In this document: positions 40,600-56,173 of the stretch, in pieces
Position numbering within the stretch: the stretch's first letter is position 1
How the letters are laid out: each line of letters begins with the position of its first letter
Assembly: GCF_006345805.1 (NCBI RefSeq)
Contig: NC_042998.1
Span: 78,306,001-78,370,000 of the forward strand
Length of the DNA stretch: 64,000 nt
Reading direction: 5' to 3'
Source: Octopus sinensis
Lineage: Eukaryota
The notes under the pieces: model-generated
Told to the model about the DNA's origin: nothing
The model's input: the letters and a program-made list of their open reading frames with translations, nothing else
Database searches by the model: none
Position numbers and translations under genes: made by a program

Positions 40600-41700
40600 G
40601 GTTCTTAATTGTAGCGGAATGTGGGAGTTGGATGAAAACGCAGATGATAACGAAAATTGCCAGAGTATGCTGCGTAAAGTAACTGCGCCCTTTCCATCTT
40701 CAACTTGGATCTCCTTTTTTTTTTTCACTTTTGTTTTGTATCATAAGCGAGTATAGTTTTGTCTTGCATGCATTTTCTGATGCGAAGAACAGTTTTATGT
40801 TCTTTGCAGTCTATTACGGAGAATCTTAGGGAAAAGGAAAACGCTTGGCATATTGTTTTGGTACTTTGCATTATCCTGTGATCTGAGAAATATTCAGCTA
40901 TTCAGAATTTTCTGTTGTTTCATGACGGTGTTAAATAGTTTGTGCATAAGTAGTTAGCAGAGAATGGAATTGATAACTTTGCTTATGTCGATGGAAGTTA
41001 GGAAAAAATTGCCATATTATTTGAGTGCAATGATCTGAGTTGGAGAGAGGTGTTTGTGTGATGGTACCGTCATAGGAGACTTTCTAGTATTTTTGATGTT
41101 GCGACCTTTTATTGAGTTTTAGAACTGGAGTTTTATTTCTAGCTTCCTTATTCTGAGGAGATGGCTATTTTGATAAATGTAATAATTGCTTCAAACCTTA
41201 AGTGTTTTACTTGTGTTCCAAATATTGTCAAGCTCTACGGTCTTTGAGTTCTGGTGCTCCCAATAGCTTCAATGGTGTTTGTTATAAAGAAGTTGTTTAG
41301 ACGGAAAGTATGTATCTTGCATTTAATATGCCTCTCTTCTTTGTCTGATTTTTGATAGTTGACTTTAGAAAAATATTTATGAATGCCAAATGCTTATCGA
41401 TGGAATATGAATATTAAAAGGGTTTTTTTCATGTATGTGAAATAGCTTGTAACGTTACTGTTGCCGGGGTTGCTGATGCCAATCATATAATATTTTACTG
41501 CTTGGGTATGCCACAAAAATTGTTTGCATGCTATTATTATTTTTTTTTTTTTTGCCTTTTTTAAGTTTATTTTCCTTATCTGTTTCACTCTTATTATATT
41601 TGTTACGTATGGTCTTACAACTGAGCTTGCCTGTTTTATATTGCCTTATATAGGATAAGTTTAATGGTTGTGCCTGCAGCGATTTCGTCCGATCCATTTA
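40600..41700 (-). mobile_element. Possible very old PLE-like RT remnant
   Basis: FLTSIDISKVINS resembles the RT motif S(F)DVxSLYxSI; coding-like strand bias. Confidence 0.3.
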
Positions 41701-42283
41701 TAGCAACGTCTGTGTTGGTCGTTGCGGCAGTGCTGAAATCAACAAACCTTGATCTTGTTTCCTAGTGGAAATAATGCAACTTGTTTTTTTTTGTAAAGTC
41801 TGTTGCGTTTTGTTTGTTCTACTTTTTTGGTTTGTTTGTTTTGTTTTTGTTTTTTGGGGGGTTTTTTGTCCTTAATCAAGGGATCAAATCGTGATGATAA
41901 ATAAGTGCTTTAGTTTGGTTACCATGTTGTAGCGGCTCGGTATGTGTGGTAGGAATCTTGCTTAAGAGTTGATGTTATTGTTTCAACGATTGCATTGCCT
42001 TTGTGTCGGAAACTTTTTCCTCCCAACGATGTAACTGTGATAGTGCAATGGTGTGATCATAAGTGGTAGAAATATATTTAATGTCTTCTGTGGTCTTGGT
42101 TTTAATTTAAAATCCATGCTTTTCTATAGTCATCGTATCCGACACTTTAATGCACAAGTGTCGATTGCGGTGAACTGTGTTGTGGTTGTAACATAGGATA
42201 ATCGTGATATCAGTCTGTGCGAATGATGATGAAATTTCTTTTAAAGGTGATTTTTTTTCTTTGGACCGCTATTATACACACAC

Positions 42284-42362
<79 letters not shown>

Positions 42363-42711
42363 CACACATTAAAGTATGTGTCATACACGAACGTTGATTT
42401 CAAATTTCTTTTGTCTAACATTAGACAGTGTTTCAACCTTTTTGGCACAAACCTTCCTGAGACCAACTCTGATTCTATGAAACAAACTTTCTGGTCTAAA
42501 GTGTTCCGGGCTCTTTGCAGTTTCATTCACACAGGTCTATTGTGTTCAAATTTCCAATACTGGTATAGTTACATGTTAATAACGAAAATCATTCATTTTC
42601 ACACAAATTTAAAGTTGGAAATTTTAGCCAATCTGTGCTAACGAATATAACAATTTTCATATCTTAATGATAAGAAAATGAAAGCCTTACGAAACTTTGA
42701 AAGACGTTATG

Positions 42712-42800
<89 letters not shown>

Positions 42801-43810
42801 ATTTGATGAAAGAAAACCATTATGAAAACCCTTTTAAGCATCTAAAATATTAATGAAATAAAATGAAAATGCTATTGCTTTTAAATATGGAAGGAAAAAT
42901 GTAATGAAATGTCCAAAATGAAAGAAAGAATTCAAGTAAGTCACAACAATATTCTGCTACGCACTCAGTGTTTTGCAAAAGGTCGCAATAGTCATACTTG
43001 CACCCTAATTCTGTCTTTAAGCCTAGCTTTAACCCTAGCCCTAGCCCTACGGTCTGCACTGGTTCAAACACCTAAAAACAAAAAGCAGACAAGTGGGTAC
43101 TGTTGTTATAGAGACAAACAAACGCGATTTCCGGCATCTTGATTATGGAGCCTTCCTACTGGCTAAGTTTTAAAATATAAATTATTTGCCGTATTTATTA
43201 TTAATTTGTATCAAAAAAGAATGGGATTTTCGTAATTAGCATGTAAAATTAGCTCAGCGTAGAAAATTTGGACAAAATCATACAGTGAAAACAAAACCGC
43301 AAAGATCCGTGATCTAAATTAACATTCCATCAAAGTTTCATATTACTTCATGGTTCAAGCACCGGCTTAATAATACCTATGATATTTTATTAACATTGTC
43401 GATATTTTCAAAATTAACTGATAAAAAGACAGTGTAACGGAAATAATCTTGTTGAAATGCCATTACGCATCCCTATGTTGAATCTGTATCAATCGATCAG
43501 CATTTCAACCGGGACCGTTCCGTCTTTTCTCATATACGTTTAGTATTGACTGTCAGAGAAAAGTGTGTTAATAACTCTTGATTCAATAACACTGTGTATA
43601 AACTCTATACTTGGAACGACCAATTCTAAATACTATTGGATTTTACTCATAAGGTATTGGAATCTTATATATATATATACCATTCTGCCTAAATAATGGA
43701 TCTACAAATACAATATCCCTGCATATTTCACATCTATTTTCATTCCTCCACCTCACTCTCTACTCCGTATCTTATCTAAATTAACTATTGCTTAACCATC
43801 TTCTCACACC

Positions 43811-43858
43811 GTTTCCGATGAAGGGATATAATAAATATCCTAGAAACGGCTGTAAGAC
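43811..43858 (+). ncRNA. Minimal hammerhead-like motif (U4C)
   Basis: GTTT CCGATGA A GGGATAT aataa ATATCCT A GAAAC GGCT GT A AGAC. Confidence 0.7.
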
Positions 43859-44737
43859 CTTCTTTTTATAAAAGTTCTAAAATCTACAAAGCTTTGGTTT
43901 TTATCTCATTACGAGAAAAATTTTTTTATATACACACGCTGATATTTGACCTACGTTGGACCCCTTATTCGCATAATCACCGAACCTGGAACTCAACTAT
44001 GATCTATCCATAGCACGTATTCAGCATTACCTGATACCTTTGGGCCTCACTGACACCATTACCTCTTATAACACAGTAGAAATTAATATTCTATTTTGTC
44101 TAGTCAACCTCTTGCTACTCTGAGTTTCACCGATGCATACGCATGATGTGTGTGAGCGCATGAAAGTGTATGTCAAAGAGAGAGAAAAAGTGTGCGTAAA
44201 AGTTTTTACGTGCGTGTATTCAAGCATGTCGATCACAAAGCTGTGGGAGTGCATGAAAATATACAAAGGACCCGAAAAACAAGAGAAATGAATGAGAAAG
44301 AGAGCGATAGGGACATCAATATAAAATAATGTAAAGGAATACCAGAAAATTGAGATGAGAGTGAGAGAGAATGGGTAGAAGATTAGATGCGATAGATAGA
44401 CAGATAACAGAAGTATGGGATGGGAGAAAATGGAGAAAAACAATGTGTAGAGAAATAACGGGATATACAGTCAGAGAAGGAGAATACAGTTAGAGAAGGA
44501 AAAAGAATCAGAGAATTACGAAGAGTTAATCGGTGATAATCAAAAGAAAGAAACGATGTGAGGCAAAAATGAGAGAGAAACAATGATGATCTAGCAGAGA
44601 ATTGGAGAGAAGGAAAAGTTAGACAAGAACAGACAAAAGAGAGAGGAGGGAAAAGAGATTTGGAAGCGAGATAGAAACAGTGATAAACGAATACTGGAAA
44701 GGAACACTGAAAGACTCATAGAGACAAAGAAAGGAAT

Positions 44738-44781
<44 letters not shown>

Positions 44782-44936
44782 CAGACTGTAAAACAACGAT
44801 GAGTAAAACAAAAGGGAAAATTGTGCGTATGAAAAGAGGAGTAATGGTGAGACAAATACAGGAATCCCAGAAATTATAATATCAGAAATTATATACATTG
44901 AGATATTTTGATTGCTTTTCCTTGAGAGCTCCTTCT

Positions 44937-44970
<34 letters not shown>

Positions 44971-45153
44971 CCTTGTCGTTCTCTCTCTGTATATATATAT
45001 CTGTGTGTATGTGTGCGTGTGTGTGTATATGTGCATGTGTGAGTGTGTGTGTGTGTGCGTGCGTGCGAGTATATGTGCGTGCGTAAGTATATATATGTGT
45101 GTGTATGTGTGTGTATGTGTGTACCTATAATGTGTGTATGTATATTGTGTCTG

Positions 45154-45197
<44 letters not shown>

Positions 45198-48091
45198 ATA
45201 TATATATACACATTGTGTGCGTGTGCGTGTATATATGTATTGCGTATATATATGTGCGTGTGTTTGTGTGTATTTATATATATATATATACACATATATA
45301 ATGTTTGTGAATATATATATAGTTTGTGTATATAATATTATATGTGTGTATATATATATATACATAAGACTTTAGGAATTTTGAGAACTGAAGTAGCAGC
45401 TTCAAAAATAACCTCTTTAACAAGAATAACAACATAAAAACAGCGAACAACAACTTCATATATAACACAAAGACTAATGGGGAAGCAAAATGCAAAAATA
45501 CTTTGCGTAATGTTTATTAGGTTGCGATGGAAAGAGAAAGGATAAAAGAAAAGAAAGACAGGAAGGAGAAACAGAATGGGTGGAAGGCAGGAAGGATGGC
45601 AGAAGTATAAAAGAATAGTAAAGTAAAGCAGTGAGGAAAAAAGAAAGGAAAGACAGGCGTAGGTAGGGGAGAGAAGGGTGAATAATGAAGTAGTTTCAAG
45701 GGAATAAAGGCCGAAGTCTCCTGACTATTTGAGAAACTGTGGGAGGAGGAAATGCACAAATTGGCGGCAAAATTATCAATATTGAGTAAAAGTACTACCA
45801 TTATCATTATACGATCATCGCGATCATCAATATTTTCACTTACCGTCTATAACTGTATGATGCAACTATATTTTCTCGATCGAAAAGATATAACTTCCAA
45901 AATAGACATCGTAAAACACCAAAAATTCCCGAAAACAAACTTTGAATCAGGACAAAATATAATACAGATAACAGGAAATACCGCCATTATCTTCCTCAAG
46001 CTAGTCTAGTTTTAGATTGTATCTCTAGGATATTTTTTCACATTTATGGATTGCATATCATATTACAACAGTGATGGAAGTATCAGGCTTCCAATGAAGG
46101 TCTTATATGGTTGGTCAACCTGCTGAAAAGAGTAGTCCCAATTTCCCCTTCTATTACATGAGTCGTTTTAAACAAGAATAGATCTAGAAACCCGTTTCCA
46201 GAAATGAATACCGATTGGTAATGATTGGAATACTTCTTATTCGTAAATATGTTGGTCAGGGCAGACATAGGGCTATACAACAACAACACCAACTAAAACA
46301 ACTGGCATTCAAAACTCCAAATACATCATACACAAAACACTCATTCACAAAACAACTGAAACAGTACGATATATAACATTCACATTGAAATTACACAACA
46401 AAAACAAATCTACGACTCTAATTCAGGACCCTGCGACTTAGGAATCAACGCGTCTTTGATTTTAATCTGTTCATACAGTTAACCCGAGACTCAACAACAC
46501 CAGCACTTTAACACGCTATGAAGTATTGTTATTAGAGGAGATCTCAGTACATTCAACATATCCTGGCATAAAATCTCTGCAAAAGGAAACACACAAACCG
46601 CCAATATATTACAACGAAATAAAGTCAATAATTCCGTTCTGCACATTTCTTTCTGCTCCCTAAAACAAGCAATCACAACCACAAAATAGCAATAAAGCCA
46701 ACAGAGCAGTCACAACGTGGTCATGTGACCTACTGAAATAGTAACCAAATCTATAACTCTTCACATTGTAGTCTTTCAAAACTAAAATTTCATATTAAAC
46801 GATGAAGTCCTAGATATATACAAAAATAGCAACAACACCAAACGATTCCGCAATTCTCCTCTACGCATTTGTTCATCAGCATTGCAACGTATTCGGGAAC
46901 AAGATAAAATTACATTTATAAGCTTCAAAACAAAGCTTGGTAAAACCTCTTCTACTCAGAGATAGAATCATAATTGAATGATTTCAAATCCACCACAATC
47001 ACCAATAGATATGCCTGCACAGACAGTCAATAAAATATTGTTATTGCAGGTTTTGTTCTATAAATGGTATCCTTTAAAGCAATAAATATCTGCAACAGTA
47101 ACAAAAATAACTAACAAGATATATAAAAGTTACTGAGACAACCTAAAATATAAGTTCTAAACGACACACAACTGAAATAAAACCCAGTATCAAGTAAATA
47201 AGAGAAAATAAACCAAAGAAAAGCAGTAAACTAGCAAGTATTTGTACTCAAAGTGTTAAAAAACGCAAACAGTAAAACACTGAAATAAACTAGTTACCAA
47301 GGACAACAATTCTAGCAGTGTCCACACATCACATGTACTTAGATAATAACTTTAATATAACCACACGCTAACAGCAGACAAATTTCTATATTAAATATCC
47401 TTTTTACTAAATCAGTCGCCAGAGATCACATTTTTTATTACCGTTCTTGCAAAGCCGCAATCAGTCATTTATCTTCATTTTGATGTTGTAATTGGAGGCG
47501 TTTAAGTTAATTACCAGAGATAATTGGATAATTTCGTCATATTTTTCTTTTTTATGCGTGTAAAAGAGAAATAATGATTGTAATACCTCTATTTAAACAT
47601 TCAGTCAATCCTGCCTATGTAGCGTATGAGTAATATACTTGAGTATTTTGTTGGGGGTACGTCTACTTTATATATGGTGGCTTATACATGCACTTGACCC
47701 TAGTTTTAAGGGGGAAAGGTGTGGGATATAATATTGTTTATGATGGTGCATCTGCAACTTATTGTGCCAACTGGATAATTTTCTACATGTATAGGCATTG
47801 GATAAGGGTTTATCAACTAAAGCTTCTGAAGAATTATATCCTATAATTCTGCGATACTTACTTAGGCCGATTTTTTATGTAGGTACACAAACAAATGTTA
47901 GCTGAATTGGTCATGCAACGCAGAGACCAATATACATGAAGTTAATTTAACAATGCTAAAACTTCGTATGATCAAATAAAAATTTATGAAAGATTTTCAA
48001 ATCATACTTCTGCATGCAAAAAAACAACATTGAAAAGTGAAGTGTAGGAAAACTCTACATCTCATCATTTTCCAAACAGCTAAGTTATGTG

Positions 48092-48122
<31 letters not shown>

Positions 48123-48374
48123 TCGATGTGAGTAGGAGGTGTATGTATACAAAGAAGCAGTATATGTACACACATTTTTATTACATTTATCCAACCTCAT
48201 AATCTTATTAAAATTATATTATCTTCCTATCACACCAACAACATGCATTATTTTCTTTCCGAGCTATAATTTCAAAATGCTTTTTAAATAGTTTAATTTC
48301 AATTTGAGGATTTAACAAGATCCGATTCATAAGGGGCACAATTAATATATGGGTTACATCCCTTGATTATATTG

Positions 48375-48672
48375 TTTTTTACTTGTTTCAGGCTTATGGA
48401 CTGCGGCCATGCTGAAGCACCACCTTGAAACATTTAGTCAAACAAATTGACCCCCAGAACTTCTAAGTTTCGAACAAATTCTATAGGTTTCTTTTTTCCA
48501 AACAGCTAAGTTATGGTAACTTTAAAAAAAACGCAGGTTTCAGTGCTAGGGAATAAGCACATTCATCCTTGTAAGACGGGCTTCCGCACAGTCTCTGCTG
48601 AGCAAATTCATCACTTAGCATTGGTCGGCCAAGAGCTATGGTAGGAGACATTTGCCCAAGATGACGCGCAAC
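48375..48672 (-). mobile_element. Degenerate SINE family B
   Basis: TTACTTGTTTCAG...GCGGCCATGCTG...TTGCCCAAGATG, similar to 31628-32097. Confidence 0.65.
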
Positions 48673-49449
48673 TCAAAAGTACGCTTTCCTTTTTCTTGGC
48701 CCCAACCCCTGTTTTTCAAGAATATTTCCAGTACTGTAGGTGGATGTGTTTAAAAAATTCCTGTTTGTGTTCAATGGCACACCAGAAAGACTCCTTTAGT
48801 TGTTTTTGATTGCATGATTTCAATAATGGATATTCGCTTCAAAACCGGATATTATATAACGCCGAGTTTATTCGGTGTATTTAGACGTGATTTGAAATAC
48901 ACACACACGTATATACATCACACGCGCGCGCACACACGCACACACAAACACGCGACTGTGTGTGTGCGTCTGAAGTGTCTAATAACGCAACATATAATGA
49001 TTTAATTAATACTACATATGATCTATTATTTTCCAAAAAGATGCACCTGGGAAGGGAGTTCAGGATACATACGTATTTTCCCAAGACACAGGTTCATTAG
49101 CTAAAATATCCATATTGTAAAATATGGATATGGGGAAAATTGTTATATTCAAAATCTCGTTTCTTTAAATTTCCTTCCACAGATATAATAAATGACACTT
49201 CATTAGAAGACTAAAAATTTTAAATATTTGTTGAGAAATGGATATAGTTAATTGTAACCATAACAAACTAGAAACCGTTAAATATTACATATCTAAAACT
49301 CCGGATACCAGCCAGTTAGGTATCACGATTCTCCGAATATAAGCCTCTATCCTCATAAAGTCAGAAGTAGATGTTTCAGGGCGATAACACTTGACTAAGA
49401 ATTTGCTGAAAGAAATCAATTTGACTAAATTTAGCGCGTCAGTTATTCA

Positions 49450-51420
49450 GGTTACCGTTAATAATACCTCAAAGTTGCCGTTGTTAGCATGAAGTATAGA
49501 GATATAACTGAGCTCACATCTGAATAATGGAGAAAGTAGCGTCAGTCATCTTGATCAAACATGTTTTCATAAATACTGTATCTATGTTGCTGTCAACAAA
49601 TTTCTGTGGTAATGTATTTGTTAAACATTCTTCGCTCTTATATATATATATATATTGAGTATTTTAATTTACTGAACCTGTTAAGATAAGAACAGAGCGC
49701 GCGCGTGCATGCTCTCAGCACCGTATGCTTGAGGAGACATCTTAAGGCGAATACCACAGTATTAATAATATACCCACGTTAAGTAGGTTATAAAGAATGC
49801 CGTTCGGTGTTAATACAGCTTCTGTTGCTAGCATCTAATTTTTAATAAGCCTGAGAGCTATGTGCGATACCGGTGGCTGAAGAGTCACTGTTATTGTATG
49901 TGCCATTGGGAATGAGATTTGGCTGGTTCACAAAGGCAAGACTACACCCAGATTGTTACATGGCTCTGATGACTGGAAAGTGCACATGGATTTTAATAGT
50001 GCACTCTATTTCCTACTCGTATTGTAATAATGATACAATAACCTAGCATAATAGCATGGACTGAGTTGATGGGAGCACTTCATAGGTAAAACGGAGTGGG
50101 CAGATTTAAGAAACCAAAATATAAAAGACTGTATGAATTGTGTTTAGCAGGAAGCCAACAGTACAGATAGAATATCCTTGATTTGTGACTAAATCCACTA
50201 TATACCGTCAATTGTCTGTAGATTGCAATCTCTCTTGATTTTGTGTGTCCTGATCGCAAAGTGCTTCAAATTTTCCGGTATTAAAAATGCATCTTATCTT
50301 GAGTTTGCTTGCATTTTGCATTTAAATCTTTTTAAAGGTTAATGAAATCATTGGTTTTCTTGACTGGCTTTGATATTTTTTGCATTATTAGCATATCTAG
50401 TAAGAGTAATTGATTACATAGATGAGGGGTATGTTTGAGAGACATCACCTGCAATTAACGTTTCCTTTGAAAGAGCATTATTGTCTGTAATTACCTGTCT
50501 TTTATCCCTTAAAATGTCATGCAGCCATTTTTTTTAGTTTTTCAACTCTGCTGATATTCGGCAATTTGTTTCATATCATTTCGTGATTAACTTTAATGAG
50601 ACCTTCACAAAATTGAGAAACGTTACACCCAAATTTAAATGATTTCAGCAACTACACGTAAGCTTGTTATTAGCCACATGAGAAAGTTTCTTCCCGAACG
50701 GAACACGTGTTGAATGACAATTAGCAAGTCCCTTCCCTCTAAGAATGTGATACTTTTCCTTCGAATAAATCGTTTTGTGACACCTTTGCAGATATGTGAA
50801 ATCAGAACGACAGCCCTGCTTTTTAGCATTGTGCGTAATCATGGATGCCTTGTTTTAACTTTTGGTGAAGTTATCTTCGTAGAAGCTTTGGAAATGAAAC
50901 TGAAGTGGTTTCACTAAAGCCTCTTTACATCTTTTAAGATGTAAAGAAGCTTTAATTTCATTTATAACTGATAATATACTTTCCCCACTGCCTCTCTATA
51001 ATCGACGGTAGGCATTCCTCTTTCTAGTGTAGTAGTGTAAACGAATTCATCTGGCTTATTTGTTTAAACACTTCTCACTTCTCCTATCTGTATTACACTA
51101 GCCCTTTCGGAATATGAGATCAATGAACTTTTTCTTTGGAACAATGTATTGTTTGCAAATCTGTAGAAAGCTTTAGGGTTTATTTTTATATTTTCTACAG
51201 TTCTGGTTTCTTTCAATCTTTTCTCGGAATTCTTTCATTTTGTTACCAACATTTAGGAATATCATCTCTGAATGCAATTTTCGGCTGTCCTTTAGTTGTT
51301 CTTTAAGGATAGCTGAGATCTTTGTCCTTCATCTCATACGAATATTTTCGTTTCTGCAATATCTGTTCCCGTGCATGTTGGCCTCGCTTCCTAGGGCAAA
51401 ATGCATATGGCTTGAACAAT
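49450..51420 (-). mobile_element. Decayed CR1-like LINE ORF2 remnant
   Basis: Fragments VENIKINPKAFYRFA, PDEF, SHICKG, HVFRSGRN and NLGVV. Confidence 0.7.
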
Positions 51421-51599
51421 TGATATAAACTGAGCATTACACACACACACACGCATGCACACACACACACATTTCATTCACTTTATTTTATTGAAATGTA
51501 TTTAAAATTTATACTAATCTAAATTAAGAATTTTGTGACACATATTCCACCAGTTTCAATCTAAATTCATATGTAGTGCAGAAAAAACATACACATACG

Positions 51600-51618
51600 A
51601 TCATTTTATCATCATCAC

Positions 51619-51652
<34 letters not shown>

Positions 51653-51655
51653 GTA

Positions 51656-51693
<38 letters not shown>

Positions 51694-51806
51694 CATTATA
51701 TTATTATTATTATTATTATTATTATATTATTATTATTATTATATTATTATATCATTATTATTATTATCATTATTATTATTATTAATTATTATTATTATAA
51801 TTATTA

Positions 51807-51841
<35 letters not shown>

Positions 51842-51860
51842 TTATTATTATTATTATTAA
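51600..51860. repeat. (ATT)n array
   Basis: Directly visible. Confidence 0.97.
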
Positions 51861-52393
51861 GTGAGAGAGCAGTGCATGTTATCAAATAGACACTGGGGTA
51901 AAATATACGAAGCCCAGACCACCCGTCTAATAAGGGTACACTAGGCACATACATCCCAAACATATGTGCGCGACATAATGATCTCATATCAAGATAAACA
52001 GCACATGACCTTGCAGGTGGGGCCCAGTTACAATTTTCTTCTGGTCGAGTAACCCATCCTGCTCAGAAGATCCCTGAATATGGGTTGTTTAAGGATGTTG
52101 AACGAAACGCCCATGTTTCCAGAGGTTAATTATCCAAACCCCAAAGAATTCCTCTCAACACATGGCTATGCTGCTCCCCCACTACTTCTGCTTATGATCA
52201 GAGATGCACATATCGTCAACCACTAAGGGAAATGCTCAACTGGTTACTATCAAACAACTGACAAGAAAATCTGTGGTATTGAGCAGAATATTTGGTGTAG
52301 CCCATCTTTTATACCAAGACAAAACAATGTACATGATAACACTTCCAATCAGTTAAGATGAAAAGACATGAGAGCCACTGCCTGGCACTGCAT
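51860..52393. mobile_element. ~530-bp non-coding interspersed repeat embedded in (ATT)n, copy 1
   Basis: Colinear with 62126-62686; (ATT)n on both sides. Confidence 0.85.
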
Positions 52394-52467
52394 TATTATT
52401 ATTATTATTATTATTGTTGTTGTTGTGGTTATTATCATTATTACTGTTATTATTATTAATTATAATT

Positions 52468-53068
<601 letters not shown>

Positions 53069-53074
53069 TATTAC

Positions 53075-53144
<70 letters not shown>

Positions 53145-53232
53145 CTTGTTCTTGTTCTTGTTCTTGTTCTTGTTCTTGTTCTTGTTCTTGTTCTTGTTCT
53201 TGTTCTTGTTCTTGTTTTTGTTCTTGTTCTTG
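53075..53232. repeat. (GTT)n grading into (GTTCTT)n
   Basis: Directly visible. Confidence 0.95.
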
Positions 53233-53702
53233 TCAGAGAAGTATTACATTGCAATAATTTGCAAAAGCCTTTCGACAAAACGTAATACGCTCTGTTAAAA
53301 TTGCCTCTTGATTATTCGTATCCTTATATGCAAACCAATTTTTGCATCTTGTTTTATATACTTTCGGAATCCAAAATAATTTGGGGAACGATGACAACGG
53401 TCAGAGACAGATAGCAACGAGAGCGTGGAAACATACAACAAACTGGGAAATCCAGTACTTATATATATTCATGGGTATAAGCCAGTAGAACTAGACGAGC
53501 AATTTTATTATGGTAATTGCGAGAATAATATATAAATAGATTAGAATAGTGGTGGGTGCTATATATATATATATATATGTATACATATATATATAAAACT
53601 AACTTGGAAAAGCATGCGTGGCGTTCGATCATATACTAATATAAATAATACATAAATATATGCATATATACATACACATATGTACATACCTACATAAATA
53701 TG

Positions 53703-53790
<88 letters not shown>

Positions 53791-53794
<4 letters not shown>

Positions 53795-54137
53795 TATATT
53801 AGTACAGGACATTAAAAAAACGTTGAACATAATGAGAAGCGAAAACATAAAAACAAAAACATGGAAAATAACTTTTTTTTCGAACAGCGAAAAAAAACAA
53901 ACAAACAGAGAAACGAGACATACAACATAAAGAATATTCCCCTTCTTCAGTTGTCCCTGTTTCGTGGGTTAGATGAAACGGGGACAACTAAAGAAGGGGA
54001 ATATTCTTTATGTTGTATGTCTCGTTTCTGTTTTTTTTTTTCGTTGTTCGAAAAAGTTCGTTTCTATGTTTTTGTTTTTATGTTTTCGTTTTTCGTTATG
54101 TTCAAGGTTTTTTTTATGTCCTCTACCCATATATGCA
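53791..54137. repeat. ~350-bp fold-back inverted repeat between (TA)n tracts
   Basis: Arms pair around ~53969; both strands translate to ETGTT.EGEYSLCCMSRF. Confidence 0.92.
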
Positions 54138-54315
54138 TGTATATATACATATATATGTAGGTATGTACATATATGTGTGTACATATGCATATATTTATAT
54201 ATTATTTATATTATATATATAAATGAAAAGAAATGTAAGAGTCACAGAGAGTTTGTATAATAAAATGTATGGTAATATTAGGATCATATTACATCATTAC
54301 ATCATTACAAATTAA

Positions 54316-54354
54316 ATAAGTACCGGTTTCACGATCAAACGATTGTCATCTTAT
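54316..54354 (-). ncRNA. Degenerate HHR in the 3' region of the adjacent PLE
   Basis: Minus: ATAAG [CTG missing]ATGA caatcgtttgatcgt GAAAC CG GT A CTTAT. Confidence 0.5.
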
Positions 54355-54647
54355 ATAGAGAAAACTTTTTGCTGTCAATAGGACGTCATCTTTGAAAAAA
54401 GTGAACAGAGATGAAGCAATATGTCAAGGGGAGTAAATCTTACTTTTTCATGAAGCTCTTCTGTGTTTTTGTTAAGCATATAGTTACATGAGTCATTTCA
54501 TTTTATACAGTTAATTATATTCCCATACTAAGTTTTAAAAATTAAGCAGTGACGTATGAATGAGTGTGCATGCATATATTCTATGCTCTAACATCTCATT
54601 TTCTCTCTTGTAATATATATATATATATATATAATATATATATATAT

Positions 54648-54682
<35 letters not shown>

Positions 54683-54949
54683 TATATATATATATACATA
54701 TATACATATAAGTATGAACAGTAATTTATAGCTAAAAATTGTGGTTGGCATATATATAAAACTTTTTTGTATATGATGAAATTCCATAACTGAATAAAAT
54801 AAATCAGTCCAATAGAAAATGAACGATAAAGCAATTACCAAGTTATGAATACTTTCTCCATAAGAGTCATGTCGGACCTCTCATGACTCAGGTTTGAATA
54901 TGAATGGGTGTCCAGGAGTCAAGTTATTAAGTGACAATTAGTAATACAA

Positions 54950-56075
54950 TTAAATGAATTGGTGTTCAGTTCAGGTTTTGCATTTTGGAATGAAATAGGT
55001 TTCTTTATTGAGTCGGGCTTGTGTAGAAGTCCAGTCAGCAAATTTATATAGAGGGAAAAAAATTGAATTTAGGTTGTATTTGTTTCGTACATATGTCGAT
55101 ATGTTCACTGGGATAAACTTGACGGTATTTTGGTGAGACTATATATTGACGATGTACCGTACAGCGTTGACGGATAGAATTCCCCGTGCTACCGATATAG
55201 TCTTTCTGGTAGCCTGAGCATTTGATTACGTAGATCAGATTTTCGGATGCACAAGTAAAATTTGATTTAATTGTAAAGTATTTCCCTTGTTTAAAATAGT
55301 GTTCTGACCCTTCCAAAAGGTTGGGGCATGTACCACAGTCGGGGGGATTAATATTTTTTTTACTTTAGGGCTTGTTGGCTGGGGGTAATTTTATATTAGT
55401 TAACAGTTTCTTTAATGACTTAGGTTGTTTGACAATTTTAATGTCACGTAAAATTATTTTTAGTTTTGGGTCCTTGTGTAGTATTGGTAAGTTTTGTATG
55501 ATTGTGCTGAATGCTTCTTTGTTTCTGGGGTTGTAAGTGGAAATGTAGGGTAGTGTTTTAAGGAGAGGTTTGTTAATGTCTTTGGTTTTTCTTAATGTCT
55601 CGGTGTTGATAGATTTGGGAGGTTTTATTCCTTCATTAATGAGTTGGATTGGATAGAGTCTATCCAGGAGGACGTTTTTCAGTTCTAGTAGTCTTAAATC
55701 TCTAGTTTATTCTCTGAGACAATAGTGCAGATTCTTCTTGCAAGGTTGAAAGAGATGTTTGTTTTTGTGTGCCTGGAATGGCAAGAGCTAAAGAGAAGGT
55801 ATTGTTTTGCATCTGTTGCTTTATGAAATATGTCTGTTTCGACTTTGCTGTTGTTTGTTTTTTTAATTAGAATGTCTAGGAATGGAATTGCCTCCTGGTT
55901 GTATTCCATTGTGAATTGAATACTTGTGTGGATGCTGTTCAGACGTGTTTTAAGTTCTAGGAGTTTGGTTAAGCTATCTCTTCCAATTCCCTTTAATGTA
56001 TTGAGCGAGAGGGTCTCCAGATTTTCGCAGTGGATTCTGATATATTTCTTTCTCTAAGAATCCCATTGTGAGAAA
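54950..56075 (-). mobile_element. Penelope-like element (Neptune-type) RT thumb + Cys linker + GIY-YIG, disrupted
   Basis: IQFTMEYNQEAIPFLDILI, TDIFHKATDAKQYLLFSSCH, CGTCP, FTCASENLIYVIKCSG..KDYIGSTGNSIRQR..VH. Confidence 0.93.
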
Positions 56076-56173
56076 GTTTAGGTAGGAGACTTTAAGGTAT
56101 AGTATCGAAAACTTGGGAATGTCCTTTGTAGTGTGCCTGCAGAGCACAATTTATAACACTGAACCGCTTTATG

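Noticed and set aside
43000-43050. Telomere-like CCCTAG/CCCTAA repeats
   Set aside because: Only a few degenerate units, likely internal to a repeat element
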